A DNA stretch of 60,620 bases, counting the filler, from Sphacelaria rigidula (taxonomy: Eukaryota): the NCBI GenBank assembly GCA_964200075.2. It is 2 parts of 2 records of this genome, joined end to end, with 100 filler letters (N's around TTAATTAATTAA, not from the genome) between each part and the next. Parts side by side here need not be neighbours in the genome. Positions count along the whole stretch, not along the records: positions 1 to 30,296 come from CAXNAA020000065.1; 1 more part is not named here. The stretch is one strand, 5' to 3'. Shown here piece after piece: positions 13,501 to 25,500 of the stretch. The position numbers and the translations under genes were made by a program. The notes beneath the pieces are model-generated. The model was not told the origin of the DNA. It saw nothing but the letters and a program-made list of their open reading frames with translations, and did not search any database. Position 1 is the stretch's first letter. The number at the start of each line of letters is the position of its first letter.

Positions 13501-16500
13501 TGACGTTGAAACTGCTCTTGAGAATCTGTGCACCATTGGCGACGTGTCCGTCTCGCGAACCCTGGGACCCGCAAACGGCGGATATACTTGGCTCGTCACG
13601 CTGGTGTCTGCCGCGCCTGGGGAACAAGCGGGTGACGGGATGGTTTCGACCACATCTTCCTTGCAAACGGTGCAATCGCACAAACTTCGCGTCTCCGGGG
13701 AAAATTTGTTAGCTTGTGCCGATGAACACCGTACGGCTTGCTGGAGCGACCCCGCCCTTACCAGCTTTGGCGTCGAAACACGGAGGGAAATGCAGCGACT
13801 TCTGTGTCAACCCAGCACCAACTTTACCTTGTCGTTCATGGGAGAAAACACCGAGTATTTGGCAAGTGACGCAAACGCCACAGACATTGAGGAAGCACTG
13901 GAGATGTTGTACACCATTGGGGACCTCTCGGTAAGCGGAAGTTGTAATCTTTCAGGTTTATCATACGTATATGTTACCTTCGAAAATGCACCCGGCGATC
14001 TCCCAGCCCTATCTTCAAGCGAAGAGGGTGAGTTTGAGGAGGTGATGAGGGGTAGCGCACAGGTGGTAATTGGTCGCAAACCTTTTTCCTACATCATTGG
14101 CAGCATTACCGCGGAAGTGCCTTTGTACGTACGCGTCGCCGCTTATAACCGGATAGGCTACGGGACGTTTTCTTTCGCCACATACGACTCCGAAAACAAA
14201 GTTCGGGCAGGAGTTGGTGCCCCGACCGTCCCCGTCGACGTTTCGGCGGAAGTTGAATCAGCTCACTCGGCGTGGGTATACTGGGATGCTCCGGTGTCCA
14301 ACGGTGGCCACGAAATTACCGAATACGTGGTTCAATGGGATGTGTCGGACGGTTTCGATTCCTCCTGCGGAGATGGACCAGAGGTTCAGACTATTGCGAT
14401 GTCATCTGAAAATGCCACTCATGCTGGCGAATCCTTCAACGTCACAATTGGCGATACGCAGTACATTTCTTGTCTGGAGTGGGACACAGATGTGTTCCAA
14501 CTGCAAGACAGTTTGCGATCCGCTAGTGGCGCGCTTGGAAAAGTAGTTGTCACGCGCGGCGGTGACGGATCCTTGGCGTGGAACTACGGGTACACGTACT
14601 CCGTCACATTTGTACACAACGACACCGATGCTGGCTTAGCAAATTTCCCCGAGATGGAGGTGACATCGTGTGCCACAGGAGGAGATAACGTTACGTTTGA
14701 TGTCACAACACTGAAGGATGGTACCATGTTTGAATATTCAGACTGCAAGGTGGACGCTCTTCTCCCTACTGCGTCGATTTCGGTCGCCGCAGGAGAAGCA
14801 GAAGGAGCGGGAGATTCGTCAATTGGTTCTTACGGGTACCTGGCTAAGAATCTTGTTTCGGGTATGTCATACCGGGTTCGTGTATCCGCTACTAACTCGG
14901 TTGCCAGATCCCCGTGGGCCTTCATGGGGTACCCCCGCCAGCCCACCAGCTTTGTACCCACCGGGGTCCCAAAAATTCCGCGCAACGTTACTGTCTCAGC
15001 GGGTGCTCACGCGGGCACTGTTCATGTAAGCCTCGGTCTTCCACATGACACCAACGTGGATGGAGTGCAAGGCTTGACTCTCCAGGGTTTCCGTATTGAG
15101 ATGGCCAGGCGAACGTACGAGATGCAAGTGGTGTCAGTGGTCTTGTCTTCGGCTTCCACGGGTTTAGATCCAGCCTATCCTAGCCAAGGATCGTACACCC
15201 TCTCCGTCGGCAATGCCAGTACGTGGTGTCTAGGCTGGGATGCTATGGCGGACGAAGTAGAGCTTGCTCTTGACAGCTTACCAACCGTGGACGGAATTTC
15301 CGTGGAATCCCTCGAGTCGGGGATGAACTCCACGGGTAATAACACTACATCCGATGGATCATCTATGGCGCTTCTGGTATCCTTCACGGGGCCCGTTCTC
15401 TCGAACGGGGATCAAGACGAGATTGGCTTTACTCTGTGCGAATCACTCGACACCGGTGCCTACCTCGACATTTACACGGTCACCGATGGAGTCGCAGGCC
15501 TTGTCCACCCGGTCATCGACGTTTCCACATACGCTGAAAACAACACAGCTGTTAGTGGGTCGTATATAGTATCGTTCGGGTATCGCGCAGAGCTAGATCT
15601 CCGGCTGGGTGAGGGAAACGAGACCTTCGTGTACGTCTCTGTACACGCTGGATCAACGACCGTGTTCTCTTCCGCTGACCTTGTCCATTACATTACTACC
15701 GGTGACGTCATCAGCGTGGGTGGAATCGAGCTTGTCGTCTCCGGAAGCTTCTCGTGCGAGGATGAAGTTGCGTGGGACAATGAAGTGAGTCACCTTACAC
15801 AAGGGGGAAAGGGAAAATACGGACATTTTGGTAGCATTCTTAACCGGAAATTGCACACCCGAGATTGGTTGAGTTGTGCTATCCCCGACAATGCCCGAAG
15901 ACTCCAGCCTCTCTGGCAGCGTGTGGCTGTGACATGGTACAACAACAATACTTCACGATCAAAGAGAACGGACCTGTTCTGGTAATTTTCGGACGTTCGT
16001 TCGCCTCTATGTTTTTCATCGTAGCACTGTTGCTTGACGTGTGGATGAGTAAGGTCGATAGCGAGGAAACGCCAAACACGCTTTCATCTTCTTCGGATGC
16101 TATGACTTGAAATTCTTACCTCCCCTTCTCTTTGAACATCACAGGTGGGAGATTATCCTTGTAGCTTCGAGATAGAGAGCCCTCATCCAAATGGTGCTGA
16201 TGATGTACCGGTGTACGGAGCGTCGAACAGCCTTGGTTGTGTGCACGTCATGAGTGGACGCTCGGAGGTGCTCACGGACTGGGATCTGACTTCGTACCTG
16301 ATACCAGGCGACTACATCGTGATACGTGATTCAAACTCCGGGGAATATGTGCAGAGTACAGTTGCGTCTGTGGGTACGGATAGCGTTGAGCTTGAAGACG
16401 GGTACCAGGGATCATCTTCTGTTCATGCAGCGGCATTCTTCCGTCCTTTTGCCGTGGTCCCCTTCGATAGTTCTGCCGAAGAGCTCCGAAATTCCATCGA

Positions 16501-19500
16501 AATCCTGCCAAGCATCGGTTCTGCGGATGTAACCCGACAGGGACCGGACAGCGGTTCTGCTTTCTCGTGGTCCATAACTCTCACCTCCGTCTACGGCTCG
16601 CTCACGGGGGCACAGGCGTTACAAGTTGCATCTGAAACTGCCATGGCTTTCAAAGTTTCCGAATGCGGGGATGCTGGAAATGGCACCTTCGTTGCCACAG
16701 GGGAAATGACGGACGGTCGTATGCGCTTCAAGCTCGTAGATCGCCCGTCCTACATTGAGTACGATTCATCTGCTGATGGTGGGCTTGGGTTATGGATTGT
16801 ATCGTTGGAAGGCATGAACGAGCCGCACGCCTCCGCTGTTATTGATGCAAACTCCCCTCCCCGAGACTCCATGTTACCTCCGTCGGGAGATGTATCTTAC
16901 TGGAGTCCGAACTGTCTCGTGGAAAAACCAAGCGTCGGCGTCCGCTTATTGAGTGGTAACGTCACCAGTTCGGTTTCCGAGATCGGTGCTGAGGGCAGCT
17001 TTTCATCTGTCGCCAGGGATATCGTTACAGCAGAAGGGCTCCCCGAGGTGCAAGCTATCCAACTCGGGGCCTCGAGTGACGCGCTGGATGGTACATTTCA
17101 AGTTGATTTCGGTGACTCTGGAGGATTTACAGCCGCTTGGGATATTTCTGCCGGTGACATGGAGGTGAGCGTCGCATGCCACCACCGCTGGTGGGTTCCT
17201 AGAAGGCGCTAATATGTTACCCGTAGATCATTCGGTACATATTGCGTGCTTTTCTGGACAAACTACAGCACAATTTCTGCGCAAATACCGTGTATGTCAG
17301 CGTTCTGTTGAAGTACTTAATGTGTGTGGGCAACAAGTCGGATGACCAACATTCGACGCAGTTGTAGCTAGCTAGGGTCAGGAGCATGCCGCATCTCATG
17401 TTTGCGTCTGGCACACCGAGGCGAAGTCCGCTTCCTCATACCTCGTCTCCGCCCTTCTCATCACCTCAACAGATATTGCTGGAGCGACTCTCCACTGTCG
17501 GTGACGTCACGGTCGAGCGCGGCCCCGCTCCCAGCGGATTCTCGATCGGTTTCACCTGGACCATCACGTTTGAGACTCAAATACATGACATTGAGTCTAT
17601 CGTTGTGGACGGCAATGTTACGGCCGTACCCATTGTGGGTCCCAATGCCAATCTTGAAGTCGTAGAGGTCAGGCGGGGCATGGCGCCATCTCTAGATGTA
17701 CCAGTGACAGGTTTAGATCCCGATGAGGAATACTTTACACGCGTTTCGGCCTTCAATGCTGACGGATATGGTCCGACGACACTCGCAATGTCGGGTGATG
17801 GTGGAGCTCGAGGGGGCAACATTGCTGGCCTTGGGGTGTCCCCCCTCGCCGTTATCGCACAATCGGCACCGAAAGCCCCGGTGATCTCTCACGTCAGCGC
17901 AGTTTCGGCCTCACAACTGGAGGTTGTTCTTCAAGACAGTATTCCGTCTGGCGTCGATCCCCTGGGGTTCAAGGTGCGAACAGAAACAAATTACCAGAGA
18001 CGCACAATCACATGTATCGTCAACCGAATGGTGGATATATCTAGCGGAATATTCGGGTGTGCTGTCGCGCTCATACGATATTTCGGTCGATATCTCTGCA
18101 CAGTCGAGGACTCAGTGAAACTTGTAGGCACTTCGATTACTTTTGCGTGCCAATTTAGTACTCTTACACTCCAGGGCTCCCACACACTTCAAAACTTGCC
18201 GACCACTGTTGATCACCTTCTGATTGATGGGTTGATCGATTGTCGCACAATACCTTACACCCGAGGGATCCGGACGCGGCCACAAGATAGACGTACCCAA
18301 GTAAAACAAAATGGCAACACTCGCTAAGGAAAAAGACAGATGGCGAAATACAAAAATATATGACAAGCAAAACACACACACAGTACAAGAAATAAACAAC
18401 AAGCAGGAAAAAGACAGGAAAGGAAAGGAACGGAGAAGAACGAGGAAAAAGAAGGAAAAACAAAAACACGATTAAAAATGAAAAAAAAAAAGGAAACGAG
18501 AGACATAAAGCAAATTACTCGCTGTCATATTTTCCGTGTCCGTTTGCTAATGGTCGTTAGGTGGAATGGACCACAGCGACCGACTTCGGCGTAAATGATA
18601 CAAAACAAATCACGGTCGTAAGCGACAAAATGGATGACACTGACGGACGTTTCCGCCTCCGATTTGGGGGAGAGGCTACATACCCAATTCCACATGATGC
18701 TTCTGAGGCGCAGCTCCGCGATGCGCTTGAGTCCCTCGTCACCATAGCCGATGTCGAGGTGACCTCTGTGCCTGAAATTCTAGTTGGTACATCAAACACG
18801 TCTGACGCTACTAGCGTGGCAGGATATTCATGGATGGTGACATTTCTTGGAGCAACTGGACCGCTGCCCAAGGCGGGGTACGGATGCGACGCGTGTGTCT
18901 CCGCAATATCGAACGATACGAACATCACCTCGACTTCTAGTCCACTTCAACTCAACGTGACAGACGATCTGACTGCTGTTCTCACAGTCGGCAGCCGTGT
19001 TTCAGTGTCAGCGCACCACGTGAATGCCTCCGCGTCCGAGGCGGACTGCTACCTTTCAATTACAGAGGTTCATGAAGATACTGTCTTGGCCACCGAGCTA
19101 CCGGGTTCTGCATGCGTCATGATGGAGGGTTCCGATGCTCTTTTAGCAATCAAATTCGAAGACCCGATGGGCCTTCACGTGGAGCATGTGGATCTGAGAT
19201 CCGTTTCAGGTGAAGGTACCATCTCGGCATACGTCACGGAGCTCCACTCGGGGACGTACCCCGATGTTTACGGCTATGCAGAGTTAAATTCTCAGGATTC
19301 GTGTGGTATTTGCAGTTTAGGACCTTCGTCAAGCATTCAGCGATTGATCCTATCGGCAGGGTCAAAGAACGCTACAACCGTGATACCTGTGACAGCCGGA
19401 TCGTACCGCCTGGCTCTTGGCGAGCATATGACGACGTGCATTCCCTTCAACGCCACGGCAACGGAGCTCGCGTCTGCGTTGGAAGAGCTACCGAACGTTG

Positions 19501-22500
19501 CGGGCAGTGTTTCTGTCTTCGCTCGTGTGTTTTCCGACAATGGCACCCACTACCCTATAGATGATGAAGAAATGGTCATCACTCACGGTCTTGGGTACGA
19601 CTACGCCATCCGCTTCTGGGGCACATACGTTGCAAGAGATGCTGCGTGGCCACAGTTGCGGGTGCCACCGGAATACTTCGGCCGCACGGCGGGTGGGATA
19701 TTCGAATGTGAAGCTTTTGTCTCCATCGAAGACGATGCTGAACCCTATGCCGAAGTCATTATGTTGCGCGAAGACAGGGCGTGTGCTGAAGGAAATTCCG
19801 CGATGCAAGTAATCCTTGCCGAGGCATCATCGCAACTAGGTGGCTCGTTCAGTCTAGAAAAACTTGATGGAGAGCAGTTGGTGGTGCCTTTGTCATCCAC
19901 TGCAGCAGAAATGGAGATATTGCTGTCGGATGCGTTGGCAATGCCTATCGCCGTCAACGAATTTCGGTTGGGCGACTATTCCAAGGCCTGGCTTCTACAC
20001 TTCGACAGTATTGTTGGGCAAGTTCCTCACCTGGCGGTGTGCGACCGCTTTGCAACAGGAACGGGTGTAAGTGTGGGTGTGTATGAGGCTGCCGTGATCA
20101 AAACATCTGCAGCCAACACCGAAGGCATCACAGGACACTTCCGTATCCTGATCAACGGACAAGTGTCTGATCTTGTTTCGTTCGACGCTTCGGATGGCCG
20201 AGTGGACATGGTCCTCCAGACAATGCCAGTCGTGGGTAGAGTAGTTACCCTACGTCCGGTATACCCGGGGGGGCGCGGTGGCGTCGAATTGGGTAACATC
20301 ACCGTTTTCAACAACAGCGCATTGGGAGAGGTGGACGGAGACTGGACCAAGACATTCGCACCGGGGGATGCAGTGAAGTTGGACTTGGTTGATGGACAGT
20401 ACTTCGAGATAGCCTCGTTGTCGTACAATGACGAAGCAGATGCCACCGAGATTACCCTCAACCATACGGTAAATGAACTGCCATTTATGAACCTCAGCTC
20501 GTCGGCTTTGGTTGGAACCGCGGCAGTATCTCGTGCACAGCTACGTGGACGCGCGCGTATGATGTCGGGCGTAAGTGTGTTGTACTCGTATCCCAATGTG
20601 GAGGCGACTGTGCGCGTGCTTCAGCTCACAGAAGGCGCAGTTAGCGCACTCGGCATCGCGATCAATTCTACTATTGTCGTGGCTGGCGAGACCTACGATA
20701 TCGCGGATTTCGATGATGACCAAGTGCTATTGTCGCGAGACTTCGTCGGGCCCACCGTTGTAGGGGGGGATATCAATATCAAAGTATTTGGTACAACAAT
20801 GGACGTCACCTTCACGCGGGACATATCCGATACTGTTTCAACGGGGAACGTCATTTGGATAGAAAATGCTCTTGGTGATGTGGACGAGCTTCGGATCGAA
20901 GAATACTTCCAGCAAAACAGTTCATACCGCCTTTCCGGGATATTTTCTTCGGATTACAACGGATACGCTGCCTACACTCTAGCCAATGGCCGGACGTGGG
21001 TCCTTGCCTTTAAGCAGGCCATCGCAGATTTCAACACATTTCAGGTGGAGTCGCAGGTCGATTGGCGCGGACTCGGGGCTTCGATTGAAGTTCACCGGCC
21101 TGGAGGCGTTGCCCCACTCACCGCTACGCTGGGGTCGCCTTCAGAGATACAGACCCTTGCATTGCGATCTAGCCAGTTGTGGTGGTCAAGCGTAAATGAG
21201 AACAACAACAACACGTGGTCTCTTGTGTTGTGGCCGGAAGACGGGTCAACCACGTCACTAGGATGGGGAGCATCGGCTAGTGAGGTAGAAATAGCGCTTC
21301 AAACGTTGTCTGCCATTTCGCACGTTGAGGTCCAGAGAATGGGCGATGGCGAGTCTCCAGAGTGGTTCTACGGGTACGTATATTCTTTCCGGTTTTGGGG
21401 CGTATATGCCTCCGCTGGTCTGCCGCAGCTGACAGTACAGTCATCATTAACAGGCATCACGGCGTACGTCGATACCATCAGACAGGGCGCCGCTCTGGCC
21501 TCTCAATCATCAACCCTTGTAGCTCTAAAGGAAGGGACAACATACTCTGTCCGTGCAAGTGCGTGGGGTGCGGCAGGATACGGGCCATCGTCAGCCATTG
21601 TAGTCGCAGAAACACCATCCATCGGAGTCGTCCCTGGCCCGCCAACCGCCGTTACATTAGGAGCCTGCTGGTATTCTTCGACGTCACTAGGTGTACAGTG
21701 GAGACCGCCCTTGAGAGAAGGAGGGCAAACGGTGGACGCATACCGCATCGAGTGGGACCGATCTACACCCATCGTGGAATCCAGCGCTGCATACGGGACG
21801 GACTATATTCAGGTCGTGCACGAGGTGCAGGAGATCTTTGTCAACTTCAGATCTGGAGATTCGGTCTCCACCCGCGGCGGGACGTTCACTGTTTCGTGGG
21901 GAGGGCACTCTACCGCAGACCTCCCTTGGGATTCCTCAGCTTCTACCGTCGAAGCCGCAATTCTTGGAGTGTCTGGCATTCAGGAAATTGCCGTAAATCC
22001 GATCGCTGTCACGCGTACGCCCTACCGAAATGGATATCGGTGGACGGTAACGTTTATGGCGTGGAGGGGAAACCTGGCCCTACTTCGCGGAGATGGAACA
22101 CTACTGATAGGAGATGACCCGTCGCTGATCATCACAGAAAAAACAGCGGGTAGCGCTGATGTGTTTCCAGGAGACTACACTAATGAAGTGCAGGCTATCT
22201 CCGTAACATCGCTGAGTAGGGTTTCTGGTGAGTTCACCATAGCGTTCGAAGGAAACAAAGTAGCTGCGATTGCCTACAATGAAGGTGCCGAATCGCTCAA
22301 GAGTAAGCTCGATGAAGTCGAGTCCCTTTTCTGCGTGGATGTTCAGCGGTTTATGATAGATACAGACCTTGATCTGTTCGGATGGTATGTCACGTTTGCA
22401 TGGCTAAACGGCGAAGTGGTACCTGGTGCTGGTAACATCGGGCTGTTCACCATAGAGTCCACAGATAACCTGGATGGCAACGAGGCAGACGTCAGCGTGT

Positions 22501-25500
22501 TTGAGATAGTTGTTGGCACGAATCCCCTGGAGTACACTATTCCGAACCTACTTTCAGGGGTTACGTACTACGCTCATGTGACAGCGCATAACTCACGTGG
22601 ATTCGGCTCGTTTAGTGCTGTTACGGCCGGTACAACAAGGGGGCAGCCGGGGCCGCCTAACCATGTCAAGGTTGCTGTCGCCGGCGGTGGTGCAATTTCT
22701 GCTAGTTGGTCAAGCCCAAGCAAAAACGGTGGGGCCACCGTTACGGGTTACATTGTTGAATGGTTCAGTGCGATGGCTCAAGGGAATCGAGAGGTGCAAA
22801 TGGTTACAACATCCGCGAAGAAAGGCACTAGTGAGGTGCAGATTCTGTCTATTAAGGCCGATGCGAACAACATCGGTGGGTACTATCAGCTCTCCTTTGG
22901 CGGGCAGTCGACAGGCAACATTGCCTGGGATGCGCCTGCCACAGGTACTGATTCAATCAGGGAAAATCTGGAGAGGCTTCCGGGAGTGGGCCAAGCAGAT
23001 GTATCGCAGGACTACTCTCGCTCGGCGGTGTCAGGTCTACGCGTTGACCTCCTTGTGGGTGCTGGCAACGCAACAGCAAGCAACACGTCTTCGCTGTTGC
23101 CGTCGCAAACGGATCTAGTAGAAAACGATATCATATTTCTGGCGGGCTACCGCGCGAGGGTCCGTGGCTTCTCTGCTGATGGGGGATCGGTCTTCTTTGG
23201 ATCCATGGATGATTTCACGGAGCCCGCAACATTTGATGACAACTTCGGCGCTGAGGGGGTTATCGTAGAGAAATGGGCATATGGCTACGAATACGCAGTG
23301 ACATTCACAACCTATAACGGCGATGCTCCCCTCATGGAGGCGTCCGCGTCAGATGGGTGGGCAGGTACTAACCCTGTCATCGATATACAAGAAATGACCG
23401 CCGGCCTGGAGCCAATCAGCGGGTCTTTCCGACTACGACTTGGTGGGGAGAACACGGCACCGATTGCACACGATGCAGCCGCTGAAGACATTGAAAGCGC
23501 GCTTGAAGGTTTAGGTGAAGTCGGCGATGTCACCGTATCCAAGGTTCTTAACGGCTACGGGAACAATTGGGTTGTTACTTTCTACAGCGAAATGGGCGAT
23601 GTTGGACTGATGGAAGCAGACGGCACAGGTCTCACCGGACCTAGTACCGCAGTGTCTGTCTCGGTGGGACAAGACGGCGTCCTGCCAAGTATCTACGGGT
23701 ATCAAGAAATTGCGGATGCATCCGTTCTGCAGCACACTATCCAAGGATTGACGCTCGGTCAATCGTACACGGTACGCCTGCGGGCACAAAACAGTGAAGG
23801 CTACGGAGGGGTGGCTAATGCTACACCCGCTAGCATCCAAACGCTAGAACCTCCTGGAACGCCGAGTGGCATCAGCCTCATAGTGATGAGCGATTCTATG
23901 CTAAAGTTGGTGTGGTCAGCTCCGCTGTCCAACGGTGGTAGTGTTGTCACCCAGTACCGCGTTGAGTGGGACATAGATGAAAACTTCTCTAATCTTGCAA
24001 CGTCCAGATTCTACCATGTACTCTCAGTGGGCGATGACGAAGGTCCGTACTTTTACAACATCGTCGTACCCGCTGCATCGTCCTGGATGCCACGCTACGC
24101 ACGGGTGAAGGCGTACAACTCCTTCGCATGGGGCGAACCCGGTCTCCCTGACCCAACGAGCGCACTACCAGCTCTGCGACCTCCAGGAGAGCCCCAAGAC
24201 GTGACTCTCGCTGTAACATCTGGTGTGGGTCTTCTGGTATCATGGACCGCACCTTCAACAAACCTCGTGGTGTACGGTGGGGACGGCGGGAGCGAGATAG
24301 AAGAGTATCTCGTAGAGTGGGACACGAGCGCCAAGTTCGATTCACCATCACGTCGAGCTGTCGTGACGATGCCTTCTACGTTACTATACCTAATCGGCGG
24401 TAGGGATCTCATGACGGGAGAGGAATCGTCCGAGCTCGAGCCTGGCGTTACCTACTACACCAGAGTATCCGCGTTCAACAGTGAGGGCTACGGGGCTGTC
24501 GTTGCCACAGTTCCCAGCTCCGCCACGACGGCAGATCAAGTTCCGACATCTCCAGATATGTCTGGTGCAGAAACTGCTGGGGTTATGAGTATTGCGGGGC
24601 TGATAGGAGTACCCGCTAGGGACGGCGGTGAGACTCTGGTGAAGTACAGGTTAGAGTGGGATGTGAGCGACGACTTCTCGCATATCAACGGATCGAGTAA
24701 AGCGGGCGGCTGGGAGGATGTACCACTAGTACAAGAGATTCAGGCGTTCGCGGTGTCATCGTCAGTCCGTCAAGAGGAACAATGGGTCATTGCTACCGTT
24801 GATGTGACGAACGAGCGGCAAACGGTCCGCACCCAGGTGAAACAAATTTGTCAGTAGTATAACAAGGCCACCGCAAACATTAGTACTTTCCTTATCAGTC
24901 TTTCCGCCGCTTCAACCCTTGGTTCTCTCCCCGAAGAGCTGAAGTTGTGTTGAAGAATGGGGAAGCGAATGGAGAAACGAAAGGAACAACCCTTGCACAC
25001 AACATGGACTGTGTTTCTGTTGTTGTGGGAAATATATCAAGGGGCTGGGAACATCAGGGATGAATTAGGTGAAGCATTCGGTAGATTGGAAGTGCCCTGA
25101 GCAGCCAACTTATGCTTCCTTTTGGGAACCATAAGGCGTGGTTTATCACAGCGTTGTGTCTAGTCTCGACGTGCCCACATCAATTCTCTGTTGCACACCA
25201 GTAGGTACGGTTTCACGTGGAGCACCTGGAGTCCATCGAGACATGTATTACACATGTTGAATTCCGTGCTTCATTGTTATGCTTTCATCAACCGAGATGC
25301 GGGGAAAATGTAGTTGTATGCGTGCCGGCTCTAATTGGTGGCGAGTAATGTTAATCGAATGAATGACGTACCGCGCTCATATTGGGGTTAGGGTTCGGTC
25401 TTTAAGCCATCGCCGTACGCGAACTTTCCCGAGTCGAGACTGTGCATGAGTCCCCACGGCTGCATTTCGGCGATGACTACATAGTTTGTCTGTTGACGCA

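Noticed and set aside
10739-24857. ORF-track proteins of 544, 1130, 355, 313 and 2098 aa as separate genes, or true titin
   Set aside because: They have clean splice sites and join into one frame. No Ig-I-set, PEVK or kinase region is visible, and the composition looks extracellular.
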